Shown here piece after piece: positions 1 through 10,109 of a DNA stretch of 64,000 nucleotides. The first letter of the stretch is position 1, and every line of letters begins with the position of its first letter. Below the pieces are notes generated by a model. The model was not told the origin of the DNA. It was given only the letters and a program-made list of their open reading frames with translations, and ran no database searches. A program made the translations under genes and the position numbers. The DNA is from Paramoeba atlantica (Eukaryota > Protista > Discosea): positions 868,001 through 932,000 of the forward strand of contig CDRNVI010000030.1 of assembly GCA_977017575.1 (NCBI GenBank), in the 5' to 3' direction.

Positions 1-230
1 TCAATCAAGGAGACGTCCAAGGTTTGTTCCGGGGGCAAGCGCATTCCGCACCAACCCTTGCGCTCAGGACAGAATTCTAAGACATCGATTGGTGGTTTCG
101 GGATGGGAGAAAACTTTAGAGAACCAGCGTCCGCAGGGTTGACCCCGGAAAGGTGACTTAAGAGAAGGATTTGTGAGCACCAAAGTAAAAAACGCACCAC
201 CCTCTCGATTGAGCAACAATGATCTATCAT
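1..230 (-). CDS. Partial ORF running off the window edge; hypothetical protein with hydrophobic N-terminus
   Basis: Manual translation from ATG at 230 (MIDHCCSIERVVRFLLWCSQILLLSHLSGVNPADAG...) stays open to position 1; same strand as all host genes. Confidence 0.35.
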   Translation of the reverse strand, partial: MIDHCCSIERVVRFLLWCSQILLLSHLSGVNPADAGSLKFSPIPKPPIDVLEFCPERKGWCGMRLPPEQTLDVSLI

Positions 231-576
231 TTATCTAAAAGAAAGAATACAGTCTTGCAGAATATCGAGGACATTGTTCATCAAAGTATGCAGCTTGCTC
301 AACATAATCTACGATTTTGTTTTATGAATTACTTTCTAAAATGAATTTGTATGTTTACAGTATAGTTGGAGTGATTTTTCTTCCCCATCTTGTGCTGTTG
401 AGCTTTTCATGTCAAGCATTACATTCTAAATTTTAGAGATATCTTAAATTCAGTAATATTTCTACTCGACTGATTACAACTATTCGACTGGTAAAAATTA
501 TTTTAAAAAAGAATTATTGTAAAAATTATTGTGTCATCTCAAAATTTTACTCAAACTTTGGTCGTAGTACTGAATT

Positions 577-1341
577 CTAGTATATAAGGGCAATAAAACA
601 GGAGAACAACGCAAAAACACAAACAATCAAAGCAATTATGATCAGATAGCGGTGATGCAAAGATGGAACAAAATCGATATCTTGATCAAATTGATTACCA
701 GAAAAGGTCGCATGTACCAGTGATGGCGGAAGCAGAGTGACGTTCAGAGATCCCGAAAGCAGGTTATGCCTGACATCCAAGTATTCCAAATTAGGAGGAA
801 GAAAGCGCAATTCCAAAGGTCCATTGAATTTGTTTTCATGAGCATCCAAATATCTAAGGGGTGCGGGGAGAGAAGTCAAGTCCATGAAGCCTTGTATGTT
901 ATTTTTTGAGAGGGAGAGATGTCGCAAATTAGTCGGTAATTGTGTGAAATCGAGAGTTCCAAAAAAGTGGTTTCCATCTATCATAAGATATTCCAGCTGA
1001 GATGGAAGCTGCCAAGGAGACACTATGCCATTTAGCGAATGTGAACACAGGTTAATGTATCGCACGGAGCGAGGTAGGGCGCCCCACACGACGGTACCAT
1101 GGAGAGAGTTTGTCTCTTTTCCATATAGACTCGTAGAAGACCAATGTAGCGCCTCCACAACTCCATGCGGGGTACATCTTACACCTTTCCAAGTCCGTAT
1201 GTCCCTCTCAGGGTGCCATGAAATGGGAGTGCCGACCAGAAGTCGCACAAAAGTCCACATCTGCTCCCCCGGAGAATGCATCAGAGAGCGTCGGGACTTA
1301 CCAGCGCGACTGGCATGCACGGGAGGTGAGGATTCCTCCAT
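577..1341 (-). CDS. Leucine-rich repeat protein (plant-type LRR) with C-terminal transmembrane helix
   Basis: W..W.GVRC cap, repeated LxxLxLxxNxxxGxL units, C-terminal hydrophobic stretch YLIIIALIVCVFALFSCFIALIY. Confidence 0.85.
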   Translation of the reverse strand: MEESSPPVHASRAGKSRRSLMHSPGEQMWTFVRLLVGTPISWHPERDIRTWKGVRCTPHGVVEALHWSSTSLYGKETNSLHGTVVWGALPRSVRYINLCSHSLNGIVSPWQLPSQLEYLMIDGNHFFGTLDFTQLPTNLRHLSLSKNNIQGFMDLTSLPAPLRYLDAHENKFNGPLELRFLPPNLEYLDVRHNLLSGSLNVTLLPPSLVHATFSGNQFDQDIDFVPSLHHRYLIIIALIVCVFALFSCFIALIY

Positions 1342-1530
1342 AAAAATTCAACAAGGAGAGTGAAAACTTAAGATTAAAGGATAATTCAAACCTAAAAAAC
1401 GTACATTAAAAAAGGATATTGCAAACATGATGATATAGTAGTGTTTTGTCGATAGTACGGAAAGTGAGCCACTGATTTCTGCAGCCCCTTAATTATAAAT
1501 TGATAAGTTCTATCATTCGACTTTATGAAA

Positions 1531-1602
1531 ATACACCTTCTTGTAATAGAATAAATACACCTTCTTGTAATAGAATAAATACACCTTCTTGTAATAGAAT
1601 AA
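1531..1602. repeat. Perfect 3 x 24-bp tandem repeat (ATACACCTTCTTGTAATAGAATAA)
   Basis: Units start at 1531, 1555 and 1579 with no spacers. Confidence 0.95.
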
Positions 1603-2131
1603 GATACTTTTTGGTCAAAGGGGCATATTTTGTACCAAATATTTTTTTCAATGAAATTTCTCCCCGACGAGTAGAAAAAAGTTCTTAAACCTACAAAAAC
1701 ATTTTATCGTTCCTCATTAGTACTGTCCAGAAATATTACAAATGCTTGTATTGCGGGATTGCAATCACCTTTCACCTTCGCACAGCGCTGAAGAGTTTTT
1801 ACACATTCTAGGAAGGAATGCTCATCTCGTACGTCGATGGTGGGATTTAGTTCACTCAAATGTATCATACCCTTTGCAGTCGAAGCTCATATTGTTGCAC
1901 GAAATGTGATTTGAAAGGTGTTGCCAACTTTCTTTGCATAACGGTTCCTTCGTAATGAAAGATTCTAATAAATTATTAGAATTTATTCAAATACTATAAA
2001 AACCGTTTTAATTCAGTCGGAAGAGTTGGTACGAAAATATTCCCTTTTCGCCTACTTTTTTTCTTTCAAAATGCTATTGTCAATAGCATTTTATTGAGTA
2101 TTACAATCTTTGTTTACTTAATATTCGTCAT

Positions 2132-2758
2132 TTACGAATTTAATTTTACTACAGGGGCCCAGATTCCTATCTCTATTGAATTGAAATTGTTTCCTGAAAG
2201 GTTTAAGTCCCAAAGTGTAGGAGGAAATCGCCCTGTCAAGTCAGCGATGCCCGAAAATTTATTATGGTGCAAATGAAGACGAGAAAGCCTTTTCGGAAGA
2301 TCCGAAAATGAAAGCTCTTCAGTAAAACAATTATGGTCCAAAAAAAGATGCTCCAGTAAGCTGGGGAGATGTCGAAGATCTACCTCACCATCAAAATAGT
2401 TATGTGAAAGCCACAATTGCTGTAATGAAGAAGGAAGGTCCGACAACGCGACGTCACCGTTCAGTTGGTTATTCGTAGCATGTATTATCCGGAGTGTGTC
2501 GGGGAGAAGATACAAGGCAATGGAGCCACGAAGTTGTTTCCCACTCCAGTTGAGCTCACTTACTTCATGGGAGGGGTTGCAACGTACCCCGGTCCATGAA
2601 CACGCAGACGTGTGAGTCACCCAGTTTGAAGGTTTGCCATGGATGTGTGACACAACACGCTCTAGCACATACTCTTGAGGAAGTCGAACTCCTCGAATCT
2701 TACCTCGAATTGAGGAGGGAATGGATTCAGCGCAGATGCACAAGTATTTGCGCTGCAT
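2132..2758 (-). CDS. Leucine-rich repeat protein (same family)
   Basis: LPQE motif, CSWTGVRC cap, ~5 LRRs (LPSSLQQLWLSHNYFDG etc.). Confidence 0.85.
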   Translation of the reverse strand: MQRKYLCICAESIPSSIRGKIRGVRLPQEYVLERVVSHIHGKPSNWVTHTSACSWTGVRCNPSHEVSELNWSGKQLRGSIALYLLPDTLRIIHATNNQLNGDVALSDLPSSLQQLWLSHNYFDGEVDLRHLPSLLEHLFLDHNCFTEELSFSDLPKRLSRLHLHHNKFSGIADLTGRFPPTLWDLNLSGNNFNSIEIGIWAPVVKLNS

Positions 2759-3021
2759 AAAGCAATAATTATTGTGTAATATTTAAATATGATAATACTA
2801 AATTAGACTTTTGAGTCTTTTTTCAGTTAAAATTAGAGGATTGAACGTTCAATTAACGTACTCTGAAGCACGCAAGGAATAAACATTCTCTTTCGAGATG
2901 AAGTCTTAGTGATATGCCTAAAATATCTCTTATTTTCATATAGAGAAGAAGAAAACCGGAAGCCCTCTAACACCCATAAAAATTGACCCAATAAAACCTT
3001 GAAAAAAGAATGCACTGACGA

Positions 3022-4173
3022 TCACAGCTTTCGTCGCTGAATACATTGTATCACACGACTTCTATCATGTGAAAGCCATATTATGTCACAATTCAAACAC
3101 CATTTATTTTCGTCCAGTGATGTAAGGTCATGAATGGCCTGTGACAAATGGGAGCTCCCACCACCGGTTCCAAAATAGTATTTTTTCGAAGCAATAAGTG
3201 CCTTAGCATGGGGAACTCGTCTCAGATTTTGAACGATACACTGAGCAATCTCTGCGGTCGCTTGGTCCGTAAAACATACATCTGCGCCGAGGATCAAATC
3301 ATAAGCTGGCGGAACATCCATTTCAATGGATTTGGAACAAACGTTTGAATTGTACACTTTCGATGGCACCTCATCGCGAGCAGTGTTCCCCAAAAGAGCT
3401 TTCAAGTCTCGTGAAGACAATCGAGAAATATTCCGTATTTCTAAGATTAGTCGCTCCCATGAAGTACGAAGTAGGTGAAAAGTTACCTCATATTTCTTCT
3501 TATCCTTGTTTTGTATTACGTCAGTGACATTCGAAACAGATCCCCATACATGATTTATCAGATTGTTTAACGTAGTTTTTTCTAATACATCCTGATTATA
3601 GTCTTGTAGAGAAACTGTGATCCGAGACAATTCTAGCAAGGATTCGTAGCGACAAGAAAGCGTGCGAAGTAACGCAAGCGTGGGAAGCGCATTCCCACAA
3701 CCTAGTTCAAGTATGTTAAATGCTAAATTATGCGCCAAACACAGATTTTGAGACAACAAATAGCTTGCAAGATCAATGCTGCAACTCCATATTTTATGAC
3801 CTCCCTCATAAATGCCTGCCAAGCGATCGTTTAGTTCAGATTTACATAAACCCATATTAAGTGGACGAGGAATAAAAAATTGTGAAGTGCCTTCATAGGT
3901 TAAGGAATTTGAACTTTCTTGCCTAGCATCCCGAATAACGACTCCCTCTATTGGGATTAGTTCTCCCAATTCCGAAATATGGGGAATCACAAAAGACTGT
4001 AAAACAATGGATTTCGAACAAACAGAACGTGGATACGTCATCGAGAAAGAATATCGATGTGATACTGTGTCTGCTTTACTTTGTGTGGTGTACTCCGTTT
4101 CCGCATACGAGAAGGAAAAGTCTTCGTGTTCACGTGAATCTTCATTGCTGCGAAAATCAAAAGAAAAAGACAT
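3022..4173 (-). CDS. METTL18: Histidine protein methyltransferase, METTL18/Hpm1-like
   Basis: YEGGHKIW, ILELGCG (motif I), QDYN, YDLILGAD, KKYYFGTGGG motifs. Confidence 0.8.
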   Translation of the reverse strand: MSFSFDFRSNEDSREHEDFSFSYAETEYTTQSKADTVSHRYSFSMTYPRSVCSKSIVLQSFVIPHISELGELIPIEGVVIRDARQESSNSLTYEGTSQFFIPRPLNMGLCKSELNDRLAGIYEGGHKIWSCSIDLASYLLSQNLCLAHNLAFNILELGCGNALPTLALLRTLSCRYESLLELSRITVSLQDYNQDVLEKTTLNNLINHVWGSVSNVTDVIQNKDKKKYEVTFHLLRTSWERLILEIRNISRLSSRDLKALLGNTARDEVPSKVYNSNVCSKSIEMDVPPAYDLILGADVCFTDQATAEIAQCIVQNLRRVPHAKALIASKKYYFGTGGGSSHLSQAIHDLTSLDENKWCLNCDIIWLSHDRSRVIQCIQRRKL

Positions 4174-4454
4174 TTTTTAGTGCCCTCCAGACGAAAATTT
4201 TCGACACTCTACCACAGAAAACGTATTAGTGTACGTTGCGCATTATAAAGCATCGTTCTGAAATAATTCGTACCTACTCCGAGAAAGCAAAAAGATAAAC
4301 AGTAGCACAAGAGTCGAAATACAACCAATACTTTCATAAAATTAAGTTCTTTTATTTCACATTCTGCCCTCTACGTGGTACACGTCATAAATACTAGTGA
4401 CACGTCATGTATATCATTTCTCTTTGTCGCCAATATGGCAAATTCTAAAACTTA

Positions 4455-4736
4455 CTATCCCCCCCTATTTAATAGGACTCCGATTTTGGGGAAAAGACCC
4501 TATTAAAGGGGGGGACACGGTAAATAATGTGAAAGAAAAAAATCGGCGCCGCTTCGCGGCGCCTTTTTTGTCGTTGTGAAACAAGGACCTACTTCCTTTT
4601 GATACAAAAAAATCCGCCGCTTCGCAGCGCATTCGAAAATTTTTTGCCACCTACCCTGAAGTCTTTTTTGGTCTTCCAGACAAAATGGCCCTATTAAGGG
4701 GGGGTCACACGTAGCCCTATTAAATAGGGGGGATAG
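4455..4736. mobile_element. 282-bp MITE with ~22-bp TIRs and TA target duplication; shares architecture with the pogo-like element at 59128
   Basis: TA|CTATCCCCCCCTATTTAATAGG ... CCTATTAAATAGGGGGGATAG|TA; internal direct copies of CCCTATTAA(A)GGGGGG; GGCGCCGC-TTC-GCGGCGCC palindrome at 4545-4563. Confidence 0.9.
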
Positions 4737-4825
4737 TAATATATAAAATGGCTCTTAATATGCACGACCAATAGGAAGGAGGCGAGCGTACAGTATTGAA
4801 CGTCATGAAAAGGAAACGTGTTTTG

Positions 4826-6751
4826 TCAGAGATGGTGCATGTTACACTCCCAACCTCCAGGGGAAAGAAAGTGACTTAGAGTGCAAGAAACTCCAGAATG
4901 CAAAGAGGAATAGTCATTCTCAGCAATGGAGAATTCGGCATCATGTTCAAATTCACTGCTAACAAAGAGGGTCTTTGGTGTGAACCATTTTTGAGTGACT
5001 TCATCGTTTTCCCTGAAACCGGCGTAAAAACGAATGAACACTGCTCGTGAGACGTCGTCTCTTTGTAAAGCTTTTCGAGTTAGTGGAGTCAGTTGATTCC
5101 ACACCTTTGTAGCATCACCTCCACTGTTTGATCGATAACCTAAAAGCACTAGCAAACGTAGAACCTCAACAACAGCTTTTTGAGTCACCACTTCTCTCGG
5201 AACGCTCAAGAAAAGACGCACACCTTTTGGATCACAAGACTGAGCATATAATGTTAGAAGGCTTTCTAACTGAGTACTTGTGAGATTGTATCCAGCCGTC
5301 TGAATTTTCTTTAGTATGTCTTCCGCCCAGTGGAGACTTTCCAAGACGTAACCAGAAATAGTGCTGCGCTGCTCCAACCACCGGAACACAATGTCTGTAA
5401 GGAATCGATCCTTTATATTCAACTCTGTGCTGTAGAAAAAAGGCATAAGTTCGTCATCCGGGTGATGTGATAATAATATAGCTCGGTATCGGGCGGTGTG
5501 ATAGCTCATGTCCCCTAAAAAAGACAGATTCGATCGGCAATGCTCCTCGAGCTCTCGAAACGCATCCGAATTGCGTTGTTGTGCTGCGGCATGGAGCGAA
5601 CTTTTCAGAATATCGCGTTTATAGTTCGCTGATAAGGGAAGCGTAAGGAGTTCGGCTCCCATTTGTAGACTGCTTTTATGATTTAGGTTACTCAAAGCAA
5701 GAACAAGAGCAAAAACAACTTCTACGTTGTATGGTTTAGCATGCTTTGAAGCATAATGGCTCCAGTATTCTAGAGCTTGTAGAATCATAGTGTCAGTAGA
5801 AACGAACATTTCTTGTCGATTTTGTGTCCCACAAGAGTTCAAGAAAATCACATAGCCAGCATCAGAAAGAGCGCCAGGAAAATCAATAAATACGTGTCTC
5901 CAAATATGGCGCAAACCGAAGAATCGACAACGGTAGTACAGGCCTGCGCGTTTAATGATGGGAATGATTCTGTTACTATCATAAAAGGAATCTCGATCTC
6001 CGTTAAATTCACAAAGTGCAGAGGAAACAAATGAATCGAAAACCTGTTCCGTATTTCGTATTTCTTGTTGAGCAGTTGCAACGTGCCCCGTTCCAGTCAC
6101 GCTAGCTAAATGCGTATGCGCCCGAATAAGAGGGACACACTGCTCGAGACTAGCCAAAACAAGAAAATCGAGCGGAACCGTGAGACCTGGTCCTTTCTCA
6201 TAAATTGTGACAAACTCTCTCCACATCTCAATCGAGTGAGCCCCCGCGGCCATTGCAACTTCGATTGCTAGTGGACTGTTATCCTCCTTGGGCCATTCTG
6301 AGTTTTCTCGATACCAAGACGCGAAGGTATCCCATCTACTGGTGCCCAGTTTTAGCTTTCTCGCCCATTCTAGCACGACTGATAGTCCCGTAGCAGTAAA
6401 CATGCCAATCTCCGTTTTTCCTCTTGAAGAAAGTAGCTGTTGAAAGGCTCGCGGGCTGCGGTGGGATTGTGCGAGATCCTGGCGGAAGCTATGAGCGCGG
6501 TCACTCGTATGACTTTCCCAAACATCTTTTATTTTTGTCATATCAATGATGGTATCAAGGGAACTTTGAAGAGACGGATCAATAAGAGCTGCCAGTGGCT
6601 GTAGTGTCTCATCCACTTTAGTTGTTGATAAGCCATCTGATTGGACCTTACTCGTATGAGCTATGCTCCCGTGATTCATTCTCCTCGTAATGCAAAAAGT
6701 GGAATGTAATTCGTAGTGATAAAACGACTTCCCAAAGAACCGGCACAACAT
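4826..6751 (-). CDS. Hypothetical helical protein, possibly mitochondrial (first ATG at 6751; the track start at 6871 is TTG)
   Basis: Long open frame on the gene strand; MLCRFFGKSF start resembles a short kinetoplastid presequence; no recognised domain. Confidence 0.65.
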   Translation of the reverse strand: MLCRFFGKSFYHYELHSTFCITRRMNHGSIAHTSKVQSDGLSTTKVDETLQPLAALIDPSLQSSLDTIIDMTKIKDVWESHTSDRAHSFRQDLAQSHRSPRAFQQLLSSRGKTEIGMFTATGLSVVLEWARKLKLGTSRWDTFASWYRENSEWPKEDNSPLAIEVAMAAGAHSIEMWREFVTIYEKGPGLTVPLDFLVLASLEQCVPLIRAHTHLASVTGTGHVATAQQEIRNTEQVFDSFVSSALCEFNGDRDSFYDSNRIIPIIKRAGLYYRCRFFGLRHIWRHVFIDFPGALSDAGYVIFLNSCGTQNRQEMFVSTDTMILQALEYWSHYASKHAKPYNVEVVFALVLALSNLNHKSSLQMGAELLTLPLSANYKRDILKSSLHAAAQQRNSDAFRELEEHCRSNLSFLGDMSYHTARYRAILLSHHPDDELMPFFYSTELNIKDRFLTDIVFRWLEQRSTISGYVLESLHWAEDILKKIQTAGYNLTSTQLESLLTLYAQSCDPKGVRLFLSVPREVVTQKAVVEVLRLLVLLGYRSNSGGDATKVWNQLTPLTRKALQRDDVSRAVFIRFYAGFRENDEVTQKWFTPKTLFVSSEFEHDAEFSIAENDYSSLHSGVSCTLSHFLSPGGWECNMHHL

Positions 6752-7560
6752 TCTAACGCGAATTTCTGATGAGTGCGCAACCGCTTCTGAACATGTGCTT
6801 AGAGGTTTTATGAGCTCACAGAAAATTAAGCCATACTGAAAATATTTAGACGCAGTCCTAGAGTACTGCAATGTCGTAAAGTAATTTTTTAGTACACTGA
6901 GTACCCAGAAAAGATCCGATTCTTATATTTTTGCAGGTGTTGAATACATAAAGGGTGTATGTGGCTCGTCTATTGTTGGCAACTTTCTTTGCCAACGAAG
7001 GAAAGAGAGTCATTTTTGAGCCTCATTTAAGAAACAACAAACCGCTAAGACTTTTGATCGACTGTTGCAGCGTACTAGTCAGTATAGTATGCACTATATT
7101 ATTACTGTAGTATACAGTGTATGCATTCTTCCACTCGAGGTTTAGTAAGTATAGTAGGTATAGTATAATAATAGATTTTGTAGATTTTCAAACCCTTGCA
7201 ATATAGAATATAGAGATCATAATATCTCGAATAGTTTTTTTCGTGCATTGTTTACATCTGGAAATTTCCTCCGTCCAATAAGCATTCCTCCTTCCAATAA
7301 GCCATCACAAATTATGTTACAACTTCGAGTACGAAAAGCATCCGAAGTTCGCGATCTTTTGGGACAAATTCCAGGAAACTAAAGACCTGGTTCCTTCAGT
7401 AATGGCTGCTTGCAGGAACAAGACACTCAACGTTCCGAAGTGTGCATTTTTTGAAGTGAGCGAAGGGCAACTCGATATACCACGTTATCGATTGAAGGCA
7501 CTCCTGTACTGTTGTGGGTACAATTTTGTTGCCAAAGATCTAACCCTCTCACTTTAATCT

Positions 7561-7776
7561 ACAAAGCAGGAAGCACGAGTAGAATTTTGTACCGCAATGT
7601 TGCAAGAAAATGTAGAGAGTAGTGGTTCGTTTTTTTAGTGTCTTGTTTTTTCCGACGAATCGTGGATGGAAGCGGGAGATTGGTCAAGGCGTGCGTGGCA
7701 AAGCGAGCACGACCGTATTCCCATGTCACGGACTCAGCATCCTAGAAAGCTTATGATATGGGGTGCCATAAATTAG
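7561..7776 (+). pseudogene. Tc1/mariner transposase relic
   Basis: Translates TKQEARVEFC...F*CLVFSDESW...PRKLMIWGAI*: first catalytic Asp (FSDES) and WGAI motif with in-frame stops. Confidence 0.8.
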
Positions 7777-7899
7777 CAAGGAGCAGTTTTAAGGCATAGG
7801 TCCGATTTTTCTACGTTTTATGCCGAAGAAGCCACTCGTTTACTACCAGAAGCCACTCGTTTACTAGAAAGACGAGAACGGTTTCCAAAGGAGGCTCCT

Positions 7900-8110
7900 G
7901 GAAAGGAAAGGCTCCTGGAAAGCCTAGGAAAACGAAAGAATTTGAAAAATAGCAGATTTTTAGGTAAAAATGAGGACGTTTTTGCATATTTTTGCTCTCG
8001 AAGCACTAAACGTCCGAAATAGGGGGTAGTCAGGTATTTGTACCAAAAGTTGGATTATTCTGGATCTTTTCGTGAATTTTCTTTTTTAGTCTCTTCGTTA
8101 AACGCGGCAG
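7900..8110. repeat. Degenerate, rearranged relative of the hairpin-ended repeat family (48728 / 55860 copies)
   Basis: ~7915-8020 resembles the reverse complement of ~56450-56550; ~8080-8108 carries one palindrome arm TTTTTTAGTCTCTTCGTTAAACGCGG. Confidence 0.6.
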
Positions 8111-8598
8111 CAGTCGTGGCTTCCAAGAGGGTTGAAACTGGATGGGAGTGCCTGGGAACGCACCTCTGCGTGCTGATAGCGCACCTTATATTTTTTACAG
8201 GTCAGCACTATGATATAATAGACTTCACCTATACCAAGCAGACCAAAGTAGTACATCTTCGGAGGTCCATTGAGTATTCCAAGCGTTGAAATATAAGTTG
8301 AAACGTTTTAGAAAGTCACGAAAAAGGTTTTTTGAGCAGAAAAAAAAATCTCAAAAAAATAGATTTTTAACCTACCTTTATGGTGCCGGTTACCCAATGT
8401 GGTTTTCTGCACCAATTTTGATGTCAAAAAATACATGTGTGATCGTTTTCCATTTTCTCGATTTTTGGACTTTGGGGAAGGATAGGGGGCGGTAGAGTAC
8501 TGTTCGCACGAGAAAAAAGGCATACTTAAAAAATCTGGTCAAAAAAAGAAGCCTAGATGCAAAAAAGCACATGGACAACCGCGCTATATCTCCCGTTC

Positions 8599-10047
8599 TT
8601 ACCAGTCTGATACAACGTGCGTGGAGCAATGACTGATCTGTTGGTCCTTTGAAGAAATTTTACCCTTTTGCATACAAGCATCGTGACAGCTATTGCACAC
8701 TGTTCCACACTCCTCACATAACCAAATGGGACGCTCTACTTCGCAAATCACACACGGCTCAAACGTCTCCTCCTTTGGAGCCCGCATGATACGAGGTTCA
8801 ACGAATTCGTTATACGCTCGCATGCGCCAGTTATCCACCTGCTCCAGCGGACCTCTAAGATCCATTTCTTTCGTTTTCTTCAAAATGCAAGTGGCATCGG
8901 CACGTGACACCACACTGGGATCCATGCGCATGAAGCGATACAGATCAGCAATTTGTGCTGTGCCACATTTCAGCAGTTGTGGCCGCAGATGGGTTGCCAA
9001 TGCCGTAGCAAAGCGCAAGAGAAATGAGAACCCTTCCAGAACAAAGTGTTCCAAGAAATCGTACATGAGATCAAAATCAAGAACGTGGACTGTCAGTCCG
9101 CTAAAAAGCTTTTGAAGATAGGTCTCTGGCATAAACCCTACCTCCTTAAAATGAGAATAGAGCTCAGGATCCACCTCTTGCAGAAGAAATTCCCAAGTGT
9201 AGGCACTGGTAGCAAAACCGACTGCCTCCGCCGCCCAATGTCCCGGAATATACTCCTTATGCACGCGTCTCACCAAACTCGCCGCCTCCTGCTCCTCCAG
9301 CGTCAGTAACAAAATCCCCGCAAAATACGACATCGCCTGCCCGTAGCTTCCCATTTCCAACCACAGACTATGCAAAAACGTACTCAGTCGTTTCCGGTGA
9401 GCCTCACCATAAAACGTACGCACACAGTCATTCCAAATAATCCGAGGCACATCCTTATCCAGCTCCGATGTCGGGATCGGAACCAACGACAGCGGGGAGG
9501 CATACAATGGACCGACCCGGGAGACCCAGGATTGCGTACGTGCCGTGAGCTCCGGCAGATTACGCTGTAGCCACTCCCCGCTGTGGAGCGTAAACAACGG
9601 GGCGTTGCCCAACACCTCGGTGTGAACAAACTGAGGGGAATGGAGAAGTGGGCCGGAGGAATAAATCGTAGAAAATGGCAAATCTTTTGAGGCGCTCGGG
9701 GGACACAGCGAAGAAAGTGCGGCGTCTACATCCCAGTCATGGGAGAGCAGAGCGGACCAACATGCACGTTCCGGTTCCTGGGAGCGGCAGTGAAGTTCGT
9801 GCACACGGCAGTAGGCTTCGGTAAGGAGTTGGTTGGTGTGTGACTCGGGGTGTTGGCGTTGTGTGGGGTCATGACATGCTGTGGGAAGTCGGTGAAGATT
9901 TTGGACAAAACGACAAAGGCTGTACGTACGTGACCAGGATGAGTTTTCAAGGCATGTGCGGGCGCAGGATTCCGTCAGACCTGTATGTTGCTGAAGCCAT
10001 GAAACAGCTTCTAGAGAGTTTGGCGTGCTGTCAGGGGTGGGAATCAT
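8599..10047 (-). CDS. TBC-domain Rab GTPase-activating protein with C-terminal Cys/His zinc-binding (B-box-like) motif
   Basis: IWNDCVRTF (IxxDxxR) and YGQAMSYFAG (YxQ) motifs; CVIC...CEEC..VCNSCH...H at the C-terminus. Confidence 0.8.
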   Translation of the reverse strand: MIPTPDSTPNSLEAVSWLQQHTGLTESCARTCLENSSWSRTYSLCRFVQNLHRLPTACHDPTQRQHPESHTNQLLTEAYCRVHELHCRSQEPERACWSALLSHDWDVDAALSSLCPPSASKDLPFSTIYSSGPLLHSPQFVHTEVLGNAPLFTLHSGEWLQRNLPELTARTQSWVSRVGPLYASPLSLVPIPTSELDKDVPRIIWNDCVRTFYGEAHRKRLSTFLHSLWLEMGSYGQAMSYFAGILLLTLEEQEAASLVRRVHKEYIPGHWAAEAVGFATSAYTWEFLLQEVDPELYSHFKEVGFMPETYLQKLFSGLTVHVLDFDLMYDFLEHFVLEGFSFLLRFATALATHLRPQLLKCGTAQIADLYRFMRMDPSVVSRADATCILKKTKEMDLRGPLEQVDNWRMRAYNEFVEPRIMRAPKEETFEPCVICEVERPIWLCEECGTVCNSCHDACMQKGKISSKDQQISHCSTHVVSDW

Positions 10048-10109
10048 TCGAATGTGAGTAGCAGTGAAGCAAAAAGTAGTTCAAAGATGAATTAAATATA
10101 GGATAAAAT

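Noticed and set aside
1531-1602. CRISPR array
   Set aside because: Repeats are adjacent with no spacers; eukaryotic context; no cas genes. The 50315-50664 motif cluster also lacks regular spacers.
7070-7170. TAGTA/TACTA-rich intergenic tracts (also ~11345-11420, ~50760-50800) as a regulatory motif
   Set aside because: Low complexity with no consistent consensus or position that I can support by eye
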